From: Bacillota bacterium
GTDB taxonomy: Bacteria > Bacillota > Bacilli > Paenibacillales > Paenibacillaceae
Reading direction: 5' to 3'
DNA: 63,381 nt
Assembly: GCA_023418755.1 (NCBI GenBank)
Contig: JAEZZE010000314.1
Span: 1-63,381, forward strand
In this document: piece after piece, positions 19,854 to 30,381 of the stretch
Layout of the letters: every line of letters begins with the position of its first letter
Numbering within the stretch: the first letter of the stretch is position 1
The notes under the pieces: generated by a model
The model's database searches: none
What the model was told of the DNA's origin: nothing
Seen by the model: the letters and a program-made list of their open reading frames with translations, nothing else
Position numbers and translations under genes: made by a program

Positions 19854-20915
19854 TTATTTCGTCCAGGTCGCAAAAGCTTCGGCCGGCGCTTTCTCCGTGT
19901 CGAACTTTTTGCCGAGCAGAGGAGCGAGCTGCTCCAGCTCCTTCAGCAGGTTGGCGAATTGGTCGGGGAACAGCGACTGTACTCCGTCTCCCGTCGCGGA
20001 ATTGTCCGGATCGGTGTGCATCTCGATGATGAGGCCGTTCGCCCCTGCCGCTACCGAAGCTTTCGTCATCGTCTCGACAAGCTCGCGACGGCCCGTCGCA
20101 TGGCTCGGGTCGGCGACGACCGGCAGATGGGACAGCTGCTGGATGACCGGAATCGCCGTCAGATCGAACGTGTTGCGGGTATACGTCTCGAACGTCCGTA
20201 TGCCGCGTTCGCAGAGCATGACGTTCGGATTTCCGCCCGCCAAAATGTACTCGGCCGCATTGAGCCACTCGTCGTAGGTCGCGCTGAAGCCGCGCTTGAG
20301 CAGAACCGGATTTTGAATCGTTCCCAGCTTGCGCAGCAAGTCGAAGTTCTGCATGTTCCGCGTTCCGACCTGCATAATGTCCGCGTACTCCGCGCAGACG
20401 TCGACGAACTCCGGCGCCATCACTTCGGTAATCGTCAAGAGGCCGTATTTCTCTCCCGCTTCCTTCATCCACTTAAGCCCTTCGACGCCGATGCCTTGGA
20501 AACTGTAAGGTCCCGTACGCGGCTTGAACGCGCCGCCGCGAAGCACTTGGCCTCCCGCGGCTTTGACCAATCTGGCGATCTCGTCGATCTGCTCGGGCGT
20601 CTCCACGGCGCAGGGACCGCCCATGACGACGAGGTTGTCTCCGCCGATCTTCACGCCCTTGACCTCGATGATCGTGTCGTCGGGATGGAAGTCCCGGCTT
20701 GCGAGCTTGTAGGACTTCGAAATTTTAATGACGTTCTCTACGCCTTTCATCGAACGAATATGTTCAGCGAGCGACGGCTCCGCTTTGCCTATGATGCCGA
20801 TAACCGTCCGGTCGGTTCCGCGGGACACGTGCGCTTGCACGCCGGATTGCTCGATGTAACGTACGATTTCGTTAATCCGCTCTTCCGCGATGTGGGGGGA
20901 AGTAATGACGATCAT
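19854..20915 (-). CDS. aroF: DAHP synthase (type I-beta, N-terminal regulatory domain)
   Basis: GPCAVE, RGGAFKPRT, ERGIRTFE, DPSH. Confidence 0.95.
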   Translation of the reverse strand: MIVITSPHIAEERINEIVRYIEQSGVQAHVSRGTDRTVIGIIGKAEPSLAEHIRSMKGVENVIKISKSYKLASRDFHPDDTIIEVKGVKIGGDNLVVMGGPCAVETPEQIDEIARLVKAAGGQVLRGGAFKPRTGPYSFQGIGVEGLKWMKEAGEKYGLLTITEVMAPEFVDVCAEYADIMQVGTRNMQNFDLLRKLGTIQNPVLLKRGFSATYDEWLNAAEYILAGGNPNVMLCERGIRTFETYTRNTFDLTAIPVIQQLSHLPVVADPSHATGRRELVETMTKASVAAGANGLIIEMHTDPDNSATGDGVQSLFPDQFANLLKELEQLAPLLGKKFDTEKAPAEAFATWTK

Positions 20916-20940
20916 GACGTTCACTCTCCTGAATATTTTA

Positions 20941-20986
20941 ACGCGTATACGCTGCGACGCTTATACGCTTTTAAGCACTAAAGTAA
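20941..20986. promoter_or_regulatory. 8-bp periodic operator-like array downstream of the aroF promoter
   Basis: ACGC/AAGC/AAGT at 20941, 20949, 20957, 20965, 20973, 20981; minus-strand promoter TTGACA (21015-21010)-N18-TATATT. Confidence 0.55.
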
Positions 20987-21078
20987 ATATAGAGGATAAT
21001 AGGGCTCTATGTCAACCCTGAAGTGCATAGAGCCCTTACGCGATCTCTTCGTTGCAGCATCGCTACGAATCTTAGCGC

Positions 21079-21570
21079 CTATATTTTGGCCTCTATGCGG
21101 GCGCGGATCAGCTTGCGCTTATCCTTGCGCCGGGCCTTGTAGACGTTCAGACTGTAGCGAATGGGAAAGTAGCAGAGCAGTCCGAGCAACGCGCCGTCGA
21201 CCATCCCTCCGACGATCAGCTTGAGATTCGTCAGCAGCAGGCGATTGATCCATTCGGGCACGAGCGGAAGATGGATGCTGAGATGCTTCGGCAGAATCCA
21301 GCCGCCGACCTTGGAATTCGGATACATCATCGGAATATAGATGATTTTGCCGATCACGAAGCCGATGAGCGCTGCCGGCAAATTGCCTCTGAGCATGACG
21401 CAGAGCGGAAAGATCAGCACGAAGGCGACGCCGAGCGTCGGCAGCGTGAACATCTCGACGGCGATTCCGATCGCGAATCCCATCGCCACGATAGAAGCGC
21501 CGCCCTTGGCCCTAAGCAGCAGAATATACTTGTATTTCAACCAGCGCACAAGCGATTGTAGCCGACGCAT
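21079..21570 (-). CDS. DUF2062 domain membrane protein
   Basis: IAMGFAIG...RGNLPAALIG pattern; basic C-terminus. Confidence 0.8.
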   Translation of the reverse strand: MRRLQSLVRWLKYKYILLLRAKGGASIVAMGFAIGIAVEMFTLPTLGVAFVLIFPLCVMLRGNLPAALIGFVIGKIIYIPMMYPNSKVGGWILPKHLSIHLPLVPEWINRLLLTNLKLIVGGMVDGALLGLLCYFPIRYSLNVYKARRKDKRKLIRARIEAKI

Positions 21571-21612
21571 AGGATGGCTCCTTCCATGACGCAGACGGCC
21601 GGGAAGCCGCCC

Positions 21613-22572
21613 TTACTGACTCGTCCCCGCCGATTTGACCTTGACGTTCGGCAGCAGTTTGTTCGGGTTAACGGTCCGCTTGATCGGCCACGTCGACGGG
21701 TCCGAGGAATCGAACTGCTCCAGATAGGCGATAACTTCCTTGGTCAGGGCCGTAGGCGTGGACGCCCCCGAAGTGACGGCAACGCGCTCTAGTCCATGAA
21801 GCCATTCCCGCTTGATCTCGGACACGTCCGCGACGCGGTATGCGGGAACGCCCGCGATTTCCTGCGAGACTTGCGCGAGCCGATTGGAATTGTTGCTGCG
21901 CGGATCCCCGACGACGATGCATAGCTGCGCTTCGCCGGCTTGGCCCGCAACGGCTTCCTGGCGGACCTGCGTCGCCAGGCAAATCTCGTTGTGGATTTCC
22001 GCGGTGGGAAACCGGGCCAGGAGCAGCGACATCAGATGCTTGATATCCCATTGGGACATCGTCGTCTGATTCGTAATAATGATCCGTTCCGTGTCCAGCT
22101 TCAGCCTCTCGATATCGTCCTCGCGTTCGATCAAGTGGACGTGTCCGGGCGCGATGCCGATCGCGCCTTCCGGCTCCGGGTGATTCTTTTTGCCGATGTA
22201 GATGACCTCGTAGCCTTCGCCGACCTTTTCCCGGATCAGGTCGTGCGTATTGGTCACGTCCGGGCACGTCGCGTCGACGACGGTCAGTCCCTTCTCCTTA
22301 GCCCGACGGCGCACTTCCGGGGATACGCCGTGAGCGGTGAAGATCACGGTGCCGCTCTCGATCTGCTCGAGAATGTCGAGACGGTTAGGACCGTCCAGCG
22401 TAATAATTCCTTCATCCTTGAAAGCTTCCGTAACATGACTATTATGAACGATCATTCCCAATATATAAATCGGCCTGGGCAGCTCCAGATTGCGTGCGGT
22501 CTGAAGCGCCAGCACCATGGCATCGACCACGCCGTAACAGTAGCCCCTTGGCGATATTTTCACGACTTGCAT
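21613..22572 (-). CDS. ispH: 4-hydroxy-3-methylbut-2-enyl diphosphate reductase
   Basis: GYCYGV, IVHN, AHGV, DATCP, HPE, ICLAT, SNNSNRL, GASTP. Confidence 0.97.
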   Translation of the reverse strand: MQVVKISPRGYCYGVVDAMVLALQTARNLELPRPIYILGMIVHNSHVTEAFKDEGIITLDGPNRLDILEQIESGTVIFTAHGVSPEVRRRAKEKGLTVVDATCPDVTNTHDLIREKVGEGYEVIYIGKKNHPEPEGAIGIAPGHVHLIEREDDIERLKLDTERIIITNQTTMSQWDIKHLMSLLLARFPTAEIHNEICLATQVRQEAVAGQAGEAQLCIVVGDPRSNNSNRLAQVSQEIAGVPAYRVADVSEIKREWLHGLERVAVTSGASTPTALTKEVIAYLEQFDSSDPSTWPIKRTVNPNKLLPNVKVKSAGTSQ

Positions 22573-22760
22573 TGCCAGCGCCCGCTTTCTCGCCCTTGAA
22601 TGTTCCGCGGCCTCCCAAGAGGTCAGAAAGTCGTGGGCGATCCGACTCTCTTGCAGTCTATTATAGCCTATTCCCGATACAGGGGAAAGGAGCGTCGATC
22701 GGAATGAATGATGAGGCTATCCCGTAAATAGGACTTACACGATTATCGACGAATAAAAGA

Positions 22761-22798
22761 GTGCATCTATCTCCTGTCTCGAAAGGAGATAGATGCAC
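22761..22798. terminator. Intrinsic terminator after the kinase gene
   Basis: GTGCATCTATCTCC-loop-GGAGATAGATGCAC perfect 14-bp stem, U-tract on the minus strand. Confidence 0.8.
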
Positions 22799-22843
22799 CG
22801 TACCCTCAATACATCGATAATTGTTCTGTACGACTCTTTTTAC

Positions 22844-24400
22844 TTACGGGACAGCCCTTTCCATTCGATCAGTCAAGCTTGCCTGGGGTCTGACCGCCTC
22901 CCGAACGGGCAGCCATACCGTAAACACCGTTCCTTCCCCCAGCTTCGTCCGCACCTCGATTCGGGCGTGGTGCATGTCCGCGATCCATTTGGCGATCGAC
23001 AGCCCCAGTCCCGTGCCCGAAGTTTCGCCGCGGGAGACGTCCACGCGGTAGAAGCGTTCGAAAATATGCGGTACCTCCTCCGCCGCGATGCCGATACCCG
23101 TATCGGCCACCGACAATCCGACCGCATTGTCACGCCGCGTCGCATATAACCGGACAATGCCGGATGGCGTGTACTTAAAGCCGTTCTCGATCAAAATAAA
23201 CAGCAGCTGCAGCAAATAGTCGCGATTGCCGCGAACCTCCGCGCCGTCGAGCGCGTCAAGCGGGCCGACCGCCCATTCCGCCCTTCTCGGAAGAAAGGCC
23301 GCCCTTCTCGCCGCCTCTTCCGCGAGCGGGCGAAGCTCGACTTCGCTCATCTCCATCACGTAGCCCGCGTCCGCCCTCGCCAGCGACAGCAAATGATTGA
23401 CCAATCCGCTCATTCGCCGGGCCTCGTCGGCAATATCGCGAATCGATTCGAGCGACATGTCCCGCTTCTCGGCTTCGGATAGGACGGCGGACGGCGGCGC
23501 TTCGATCGCTCCGTCGCCCTCCGCGCGGCGCCCGGCCTCGGCGTCCGACCATATCTTCTCGAGCAGATCCACGTTTCCCCGGATCGTCGTCAGAGGCGTG
23601 CGCAGCTCATGCGACGCGTCGGAGACGAATCGCCTCTGAGCCGCATTGGAATCCTCCAGGTTTTTGTAAGCCCGCTCCACGCCCGACAGCATCGCGTTAA
23701 GCGTATCGGTAAGCCGTCCGATTTCGTCGTTGGCTTTCTCCCGCGGTATTCTGAGGCTAAGCTCCGATCCGCTCTGAATGCGTTCCGCCGCTTCGGTTAC
23801 CCGGTTAATCGGCATAAGCGCCTTCCGCGAGAGGAACATGCCGAGGAGGAAAGCGGCGATCAGGCCAGCGGCTCCGGCGAACCACAAGATCGTCCGAAGC
23901 TGATGCAGCAGCTGCTCCTCCCGCCCGGTCCAGGCGCCGACCTGCAGCAGGCCGACGACGTCGCCGCCATAGCTGACGATCGGTTTTTCCAGCACGAGAA
24001 ACGGAATGCTCTCGATCTCCCGCTTCACGAAAGCGTACTTGTCGGATCGGACCTCGTTTTGCTTCGGAAACGAGAATGTAAGCTCCGGTCTGTTCGTCGA
24101 CGGACGCATATTCGGGGTTTTATCGTCGACGACTCCTACGATCGTCGGCGTATAGTTGACGATTTGGATAAAGAAAGAATTGTAATCGATCGCGCTTCTT
24201 AACACGCCGCTCAGATTAATTCCCTCTCCTCTGACGCCCTGGCTTCTGACTTGCGTTTCTTCGCTTATGCGCCGCAGTTGATCCTTCAGCGACGACATCG
24301 TATTGTTCTGGACGATTCCGTAAATCGTGACGCCGAACGCGACCAACGTGACCGCGAGCAGTCCCGAATACCATAAGGTCAACCGCAGCCGGATCGACAT
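22844..24400 (-). CDS. Sensor histidine kinase (HAMP, HisKA, HATPase)
   Basis: SHELRTPL, ENGFKY, DTGIGI, GTGLGL; two TM helices. Confidence 0.95.
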   Translation of the reverse strand: MSIRLRLTLWYSGLLAVTLVAFGVTIYGIVQNNTMSSLKDQLRRISEETQVRSQGVRGEGINLSGVLRSAIDYNSFFIQIVNYTPTIVGVVDDKTPNMRPSTNRPELTFSFPKQNEVRSDKYAFVKREIESIPFLVLEKPIVSYGGDVVGLLQVGAWTGREEQLLHQLRTILWFAGAAGLIAAFLLGMFLSRKALMPINRVTEAAERIQSGSELSLRIPREKANDEIGRLTDTLNAMLSGVERAYKNLEDSNAAQRRFVSDASHELRTPLTTIRGNVDLLEKIWSDAEAGRRAEGDGAIEAPPSAVLSEAEKRDMSLESIRDIADEARRMSGLVNHLLSLARADAGYVMEMSEVELRPLAEEAARRAAFLPRRAEWAVGPLDALDGAEVRGNRDYLLQLLFILIENGFKYTPSGIVRLYATRRDNAVGLSVADTGIGIAAEEVPHIFERFYRVDVSRGETSGTGLGLSIAKWIADMHHARIEVRTKLGEGTVFTVWLPVREAVRPQASLTDRMERAVP

Positions 24401-24402
24401 GC

Positions 24403-25089
24403 TCAGCCGTCTCCCTTCAGGACGTATCCGGCTCCTCTGACGGTTTGAATCAGCCTCTTCTCCCCGTTCTCCTCGAGCTTCTGCCTGAGCATCGCCACGT
24501 AGACCTCAAGCACGTTGGATTCCCCGCTGTAATCGTAGCCCCATATTCTTTCCATGATCAGGTCGCGCGACAGCACGCGCTTCGGATTTTGCATGAACAG
24601 ATGCAGCAGGTCGAACTCCTTGGCCGTCAGCTCGATGCGGCGATCGCCACGCATGATTTCCCTTCCGTCCACGTCCATGATCAAGTCGTCGTAACGGAAC
24701 TGCCCTCCGTCCTCGGCCTTGTCCGGCCGCCTGCGCAGCAGCGCCCTGACGCGCGCCATCAGCTCCTCTAGCGCGAACGGCTTTACCAAGTAATCGTCCG
24801 CGCCCAGATCCAGCCCGCGCACTCGATCCGACACCTCGTCCTTGGCGGTCAGCAGCAGAATCGGCGAGACGATCCCCGCCTCCCGAAGCCTTCTGCACAC
24901 CTCCCAGCCGTCCATCCTCGGCATCATGACGTCCAGGATGACCAAATCGGCCTGCTTCTGCCCAAGCAGCCTCAATCCTTCCGCGCCGTCCGCCGCCGTC
25001 GTTACTTCGTAGCCCTCGAACGCCAGGCTGCGCCGAAGCAGCGCCGTAATTTTCTCGTCATCGTCAATGACCGCAATATGGGGTCTCAC
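24403..25089 (-). CDS. OmpR-family response regulator
   Basis: [19 protein letters not shown], winged helix IQTVRGAGY. Confidence 0.95.
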   Translation of the reverse strand: MRPHIAVIDDDEKITALLRRSLAFEGYEVTTAADGAEGLRLLGQKQADLVILDVMMPRMDGWEVCRRLREAGIVSPILLLTAKDEVSDRVRGLDLGADDYLVKPFALEELMARVRALLRRRPDKAEDGGQFRYDDLIMDVDGREIMRGDRRIELTAKEFDLLHLFMQNPKRVLSRDLIMERIWGYDYSGESNVLEVYVAMLRQKLEENGEKRLIQTVRGAGYVLKGDG

Positions 25090-25165
25090 AGGGAACGTCC
25101 TCCTCTACCAGCGAGAGCGGGATACCCTTTTCGGTCTCCCGCTCCATCGAACTTATAAATCAAGC

Positions 25166-26650
25166 TTACTGCTGCACGTTAAACTCGTTCTTGTCGCCGA
25201 TCTCGACGGAGATCTCAAGCTTCTTCTCGCCGCGAATCACGTCGAGCGTTACCTTGGCGCCCACTTCTTTCTTCTGGATCGCCGCGATCAATTCGTCTTT
25301 GTTCTTGTACGCCGTGCCGTCCATGCCCGTAATGACGTCGTACTGCCTCAGATCGCCTCTGTAAGCCGGAGAATTAAATACGACCTCCCGCACGAACGAT
25401 CCTTTCGTGGCTTTGTCGATGCCGAGCTGCTGGGCGATTTCCTCGTTCACGTCCATCAGAGTCGCGCCGATAAACGGTGCGGGCTTCTGAGGAATTTTCG
25501 TATTCGTCTTCAGATTTTCCAGCACTTCCGTAATCGTGCTCGTCGGAATGGCGAAGCCGATGCCTTGAGCCTGCGTGCTGACCGCCGTATTGATGCCGAT
25601 CACTTCGCCGTTCAGGTTCAGCAGCGGACCTCCCGAGTTGCCGGGGTTGATCGAGGCGTCCGTCTGCAGCAGGTGCTGATATTTGCGCGTTCCGTTGCCG
25701 TCTTGAATGGTGATCTCGCGCTCGTTGGAGCTGAGCACGCCGACCGTGATCGTATGCTCGAAGCCGACCGGATTCCCGATCGCGACGACCCAATCTCCCA
25801 TGTTCATGCTGCTGGAGTCGCCCAGCTTCAGCGTCGGAAAATTGTTGCCCTCGATCTTCAGCACGGCCAGATCCAGCTCCGGACTCGTGCCGAGAAGCTT
25901 GGCGGTATAAGGCTCGTCATGGCCTTCGACCGTTACCTTGATCTCGTCCGCGTCCTTGATCACGTGTTGGTTCGTCAGAATGTAGCCGGTCGAGTCGAAC
26001 AGGAAGCCCGAGCCCATGCCGCTCTCCTGCAAGTCGCCTCCGCCCCCGCCTTCGCCGCCTCTGTTGCCTCTGTAGCTGTCTCCGAAGAACTGGCGGAAGA
26101 ACTCGTCTTCCCAGGTCGTTCCTTGACGGGCTTTCGCGTAGGTCTCCACTTTAACGACCGCCGGAGAGGCCTGCTCGAAAATTTTGGCGATGTTGTTCGG
26201 ACGAACGACGTCTTCGCTGTTGCCGACGGGATTGTTGACCGGCTTTGCCGAAGTATTCTGGGTTTGCGGAGGATTGCCGAGCAGCTCTCCCGTAAACCAA
26301 TTCTGCCGGTCTGCCGAATACATGAGCAAGCCGACGACGACGACTCCCGCCAGGAACGATGCGAAGACGGCGCGGAACGACGTTCTGCGCGGGGGCTTCG
26401 CTCCCCAATCGTTCCTGGCCGGACCGCCCGATACGGTGAACGGCCGATATTCTTTCGTCGCGGGAGTGACGTCCACGATGTCGGCCGCCTGCTTGACGGG
26501 ATCTTCCCCGTATGGGCGTCCCGCTCCGCCGAACGGACCGAACGTGTACGGCTCCGTCTCCCTGCGCGTCTCCCCGTAAGGATCGTTGCGCTTCTCTTCT
26601 CCATATGCGAAACCTTCCGGCTGTTCCGGTTTTTTGTTTTCGTCTTCCAT
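25166..26650 (-). CDS. htrA: HtrA-like serine protease with PDZ domain
   Basis: TNQHVI, DLAVLK, INPGNSGG triad motifs; one TM helix; C-terminal PDZ. Confidence 0.93.
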   Translation of the reverse strand: MEDENKKPEQPEGFAYGEEKRNDPYGETRRETEPYTFGPFGGAGRPYGEDPVKQAADIVDVTPATKEYRPFTVSGGPARNDWGAKPPRRTSFRAVFASFLAGVVVVGLLMYSADRQNWFTGELLGNPPQTQNTSAKPVNNPVGNSEDVVRPNNIAKIFEQASPAVVKVETYAKARQGTTWEDEFFRQFFGDSYRGNRGGEGGGGGDLQESGMGSGFLFDSTGYILTNQHVIKDADEIKVTVEGHDEPYTAKLLGTSPELDLAVLKIEGNNFPTLKLGDSSSMNMGDWVVAIGNPVGFEHTITVGVLSSNEREITIQDGNGTRKYQHLLQTDASINPGNSGGPLLNLNGEVIGINTAVSTQAQGIGFAIPTSTITEVLENLKTNTKIPQKPAPFIGATLMDVNEEIAQQLGIDKATKGSFVREVVFNSPAYRGDLRQYDVITGMDGTAYKNKDELIAAIQKKEVGAKVTLDVIRGEKKLEISVEIGDKNEFNVQQ

Positions 26651-26708
26651 AGGAATTACCTCCCTCGCGCAGCCGTGATGGCTGTCGTCGTTCTGATCTT
26701 GTAACCGT

Positions 26709-26741
26709 ATCATAAACCCGATTCCTTAAAACTATCTTAAA
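26709..26741 (-). promoter_or_regulatory. OmpR-type direct repeat at the -35 position of the htrA-RR-HK promoter
   Basis: Minus strand TTTAAG-N5-TTTAAG (11-bp period), 10 nt upstream of TATGAT. Confidence 0.55.
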
Positions 26742-26946
26742 CGGAAATGAAGATGAAGTAAAAGCGAAGAAAAACAACCCGGCAAAAACGCCTGCTGCTC
26801 CTTTGGACAGAGAACGCGTTTAGTCGGAGACGATTCGGATTACGATAACCGACTTTATGCTTTCTGAATCGTCAAAAAAAAGCGCGTGCGCCCCCGTCGT
26901 GCGGAAGACGCATGCACCTTCTCGATTCCGGCCTATTCCGGCCGCG

Positions 26947-27360
26947 TCATTCGGGATAGACGGCTTCGATCTCGTCCAGCTTGCGCCGGGCTTTCTCGAC
27001 CCATACGCCGTCGATTTCGCCGTCCGGATCGACCGGGTCGGAGAATTGGTTGATCAGCCCTCCGAAAGCGCTCGCGCGGGCGCTGTCGTCCAAGCCTTCG
27101 TTATACACGTGTTTCAGTACGTACGGCTCGCCGAACCGGATTTCCGTATCGATCGGTTCGGCTTCGCCGTCGAGTTTTCCCGACGTTACGTCGAACGGCA
27201 GTCTCAGCCAAACCTTGTTCTCGTCGTCCAACGCGCAATCGAACGAGCCGCGGTCGTAATCCCAATTGCCGCCTAACGCGAAGCCCCGCTCCGACAGCAG
27301 CTTGTGCGAAATGCCAAAATCGTGGATTTGCGATGTCAAGGAAGAATCAAGAACGCGCAT
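26947..27360 (-). CDS. YugN family protein
   Basis: GGNWDYDRGSFD, LRLPF, NQFSDPVDPD. Confidence 0.85.
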   Translation of the reverse strand: MRVLDSSLTSQIHDFGISHKLLSERGFALGGNWDYDRGSFDCALDDENKVWLRLPFDVTSGKLDGEAEPIDTEIRFGEPYVLKHVYNEGLDDSARASAFGGLINQFSDPVDPDGEIDGVWVEKARRKLDEIEAVYPE

Positions 27361-27425
27361 TCCGGGATACCGCCTTTTTTTCTTACTAGGCTTTCCCCCG
27401 TTTTGCCCCATTATTCCCGCCGGGA

Positions 27426-28097
27426 TCAAGCTTCCTTAACCCAACCTTTGCGATGGGCGAAAATCGCCAGCTGCGTGCGGTCCTCGAGCTCGCACTTCAT
27501 CAGCAAATTGCTGACATGGGTTTTCACCGTCTTGATGCTGATGTGCAGTTCGTCGCCGATTTCCTTGTTGCTCCTGCCCTCGGCAATCAGCAGCAGCACT
27601 TCGCGTTCGCGCTCGGTCAGTCCTTCGACTTCGGTGCTTGCGGAGCGCTTGCGAAGCCCGCGGGTGAGCGCTTGGGATACGTCTCCGCTCATGACCGGCA
27701 TATTTTTGACCGCGCCCTGCATCGCGTAGATCAGCTCGTCCGCGGATACCGTCTTCAGCACGTAGCTGACCGCTCCCGCCTCGATCGCTTCGACGACTTT
27801 CTCGTCCTCGAGAAAACTCGTCAGAATGACGATCTTAAGACCCGGATATTTGGCCAGCAGCTCCCGGGTCGTCTCAACGCCGTTCATCTCGGGCATCATC
27901 AGATCCATCAGGACGATCTGCGGCATCTGCCCGTCGAAGCCGCCCCGCTCCAGCTTCTCGATCGCATCCCGGCCTCCGCCCGCCTCTCCGATCACTTCGA
28001 ACCGGGAATCCAGCATTAAATACGTGCGCAACCCCATCCGCACCATCTCATGATCGTCCACGATCAGCACTTTCCAAGTCGTCCCGGTTTCGGTCAC
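27426..28097 (-). CDS. liaR: NarL-family response regulator (LiaR-like)
   Basis: VDDHEMVRMG; LuxR HTH ISIKTVKTHVSN; in operon with liaF/liaS-like genes. Confidence 0.85.
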   Translation of the reverse strand: MTETGTTWKVLIVDDHEMVRMGLRTYLMLDSRFEVIGEAGGGRDAIEKLERGGFDGQMPQIVLMDLMMPEMNGVETTRELLAKYPGLKIVILTSFLEDEKVVEAIEAGAVSYVLKTVSADELIYAMQGAVKNMPVMSGDVSQALTRGLRKRSASTEVEGLTEREREVLLLIAEGRSNKEIGDELHISIKTVKTHVSNLLMKCELEDRTQLAIFAHRKGWVKEA

Positions 28098-29170
28098 TTT
28101 GCACCCGCTCCTTGTTCCTCGTCTTCTTCTCCGATCTCTTCCAACTCGTCCGGCTCCGGGGCGAATTTAGGCAGCCATACCCGAACCCTCGTGCCGGAGC
28201 CCGGCTTCGTTACGATCTCCGCGTCTCCTCCCAGCTTCTGCGCGCGCTCCCTCATCGTGGACAAGCCGTACCCTCCCGGCCTGACCTGCCCGCCTTTGAA
28301 GCCGAGTCCGTCATCCTCGATGGACAGCGTAATTTGCGTGCCGGTGTCCCCGAGAAGCAGGCGGACGCTCTGCGCCTCCGCATGTTTGACGACGTTCGCC
28401 ATCGCTTCCTGAATAATCAGAAACAGCTGGTGCTCCTTCGCATCCGAAATACGGTCTCCGATCTGGATGTCCAGCGTTCCCTGGAGCCCGTTCTGCCGGC
28501 AATAATCGGGAAACCAGCGGCTCAAGGCTTCCTCGAGCGTCTTGCCCTGCAGCTCCATCGGGCGCAGTTGCGCGATCAACCCCCGCATTTGCTTCTGCGC
28601 GGTCGAGGACATCGCGATCAATTGCTCCATGACCTGCTGCGCATGCTTCATGTCCCGTTCGAGCAGCTTGGGCAGGGAGGAAGCCGACATATGCAGGGCG
28701 AACAGCTGCTGGCTGACCGTATCGTGCAAGTCTCTCGCCAGACGCTTTCTTTCCTCGAGCACGGCGTCCTCCGTCGAGATCATCTCCTCGAGCGCTTCCT
28801 TCTCCCCGAGCCGCTGCAGCAACTTGATGCGCGATTCCAATTGACCCATCATCGCGTTGACTTCGCGATAAACTCCGGAGAAAGCGTCCCCCTCGTCCAC
28901 CGGAAGCCGATAGTTCCAGTTGCCGGCGGAAGCATGCTTCATCGCGAGCTGCAGCTGATCGATTTTGCGCTGCGTGCGCTGGCCGATCTGGTACGTGATC
29001 GCCATCTGCAGCACGGTCAAGATTCCGATCCAGGTCAGCCACGTATCCAACTGCGGCGCGGAATCGGTAAATACGACGACGCCGTAGTACAAGACGAACA
29101 TGAAAACGATCGTGGCCATTCCGGCATAGATCGACGAAGCCCATTTGCTCGTGCGAACTTTTCTGACCAT
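28094..29170 (-). CDS. liaS: Intramembrane-sensing histidine kinase (LiaS-like)
   Basis: Two close TM helices; ERKRLARDLHDTVSQQLFA (HisKA_3); NVVKHA; DDGLGF. Confidence 0.85.
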   Translation of the reverse strand: MVRKVRTSKWASSIYAGMATIVFMFVLYYGVVVFTDSAPQLDTWLTWIGILTVLQMAITYQIGQRTQRKIDQLQLAMKHASAGNWNYRLPVDEGDAFSGVYREVNAMMGQLESRIKLLQRLGEKEALEEMISTEDAVLEERKRLARDLHDTVSQQLFALHMSASSLPKLLERDMKHAQQVMEQLIAMSSTAQKQMRGLIAQLRPMELQGKTLEEALSRWFPDYCRQNGLQGTLDIQIGDRISDAKEHQLFLIIQEAMANVVKHAEAQSVRLLLGDTGTQITLSIEDDGLGFKGGQVRPGGYGLSTMRERAQKLGGDAEIVTKPGSGTRVRVWLPKFAPEPDELEEIGEEDEEQGAGAK

Positions 29171-29173
29171 CGG

Positions 29174-30169
29174 TTAACCTACCTTCGTCACGCGCACGTC
29201 GCCGATAAAGCTGCTGACGATCAGTACGACTCGCTTGTCCGCGTCCGGGAACAACGGCGTTTCCACGGTCATCTGATTGAACAAACCGCCGCGTTTCTGC
29301 CCCAGCACCTTGACGTCGCCGATCAAGCTGCTCGAGACGACTTGAATGCCTACGGCGAGATCATTGGGAACGAACACTTTAACGTCGCCGATGAAAGAAG
29401 AGACGTACACTCGGGTCTCCCCTACCGGAATTTGCGCCTTCGTCAGGTCCAGCGTCGTATCCCCGATAAAATGGGAAATGTTCATCGGCCGAAGCTCCCA
29501 ATAATCGTTGCCGAAGTGAACGTCCCCGATGAAGCGGCTGTGGGAATTCTTGTTTTTCCAATCCCACCATTCCTTATGGTCCGCTCCGCCTTTCCAGCCG
29601 CCGTAAGCGTCCGAACGAGGAGGCGGGGGCGAAGTCTCCCGCCGGGAGAAGCCGTAATCGTTCGGACGCTCCTCTCTCGGTTCCTTGTTCAGATTGACCG
29701 AAGATCGTCTCTCGAATTCCTCCAGCTCGGGAGGAGCGGGAGGCGGTCCCGGAGGTACGGGAGGAATCGGCGGTTCGTGCGGCGAGCCCGGATGCACGGA
29801 ATTCCATCCTTCGTTCTTCGGATGGCCGTTGCGGCATGACGGACGGTTCCCTCTGAAGATCAGGCTCAGTCCGAACAAGATAATCGCTACCGGCCCCAGA
29901 ATTCGGGCAAAATCGCCGAAGCTCCAATCCAGAAGCCCCAAATTTTTGCCCAGGAAATAGCAGCCGATGATCACGGTCAGCAAGTTCCACCATACTTGCT
30001 GCAGCAGCATGCCCTGCAAGCCGAACACGATGAGCAAGACCGGCCAATAGGTGCGGAACAACTCCCCGATGTCCATCGAGATCAACCCGACTTGATTCAG
30101 TAAAAACGCGACGCCTACGGTGACGATAAAAGCCCCCAATAGCAGCCGGTGAACGATTGATGAATTCAT
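29174..30169 (-). CDS. liaF: LiaF-like cell-envelope stress membrane protein
   Basis: Four N-terminal TM helices, Pro-rich linker, repeated FIGD beta motifs (DUF2154-like). Confidence 0.85.
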   Translation of the reverse strand: MNSSIVHRLLLGAFIVTVGVAFLLNQVGLISMDIGELFRTYWPVLLIVFGLQGMLLQQVWWNLLTVIIGCYFLGKNLGLLDWSFGDFARILGPVAIILFGLSLIFRGNRPSCRNGHPKNEGWNSVHPGSPHEPPIPPVPPGPPPAPPELEEFERRSSVNLNKEPREERPNDYGFSRRETSPPPPRSDAYGGWKGGADHKEWWDWKNKNSHSRFIGDVHFGNDYWELRPMNISHFIGDTTLDLTKAQIPVGETRVYVSSFIGDVKVFVPNDLAVGIQVVSSSLIGDVKVLGQKRGGLFNQMTVETPLFPDADKRVVLIVSSFIGDVRVTKVG

Positions 30170-30258
30170 AGCCCTGTCCTCCAACTCGTTGCTGATAATA
30201 ATCCGTTGTAATCAGTATAACGAATCGCCCCGTCGGCACAACAGCGGCGCGGGGTGGA

Positions 30259-30282
30259 AGTCGGACTCGGTCTGCAGACCGA
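30259..30282. promoter_or_regulatory. LiaR/CesR-type operator upstream of liaFSR
   Basis: Palindrome TCGGTCT-GC-AGACCGA (30267-30282) plus half-site AGTCGGA; resembles the CesR/LiaR motif TCAGHCTnnAGDCTGA. Confidence 0.7.
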
Positions 30283-30381
30283 TATGCTTATCCAAACTTT
30301 TCCTAACAAACTCAGGCCGCCCGCCGTTGTCTTGTGCGACAATCCGGGCAGGCAGCCTTATCGATTGAGGTTATTATCGAT

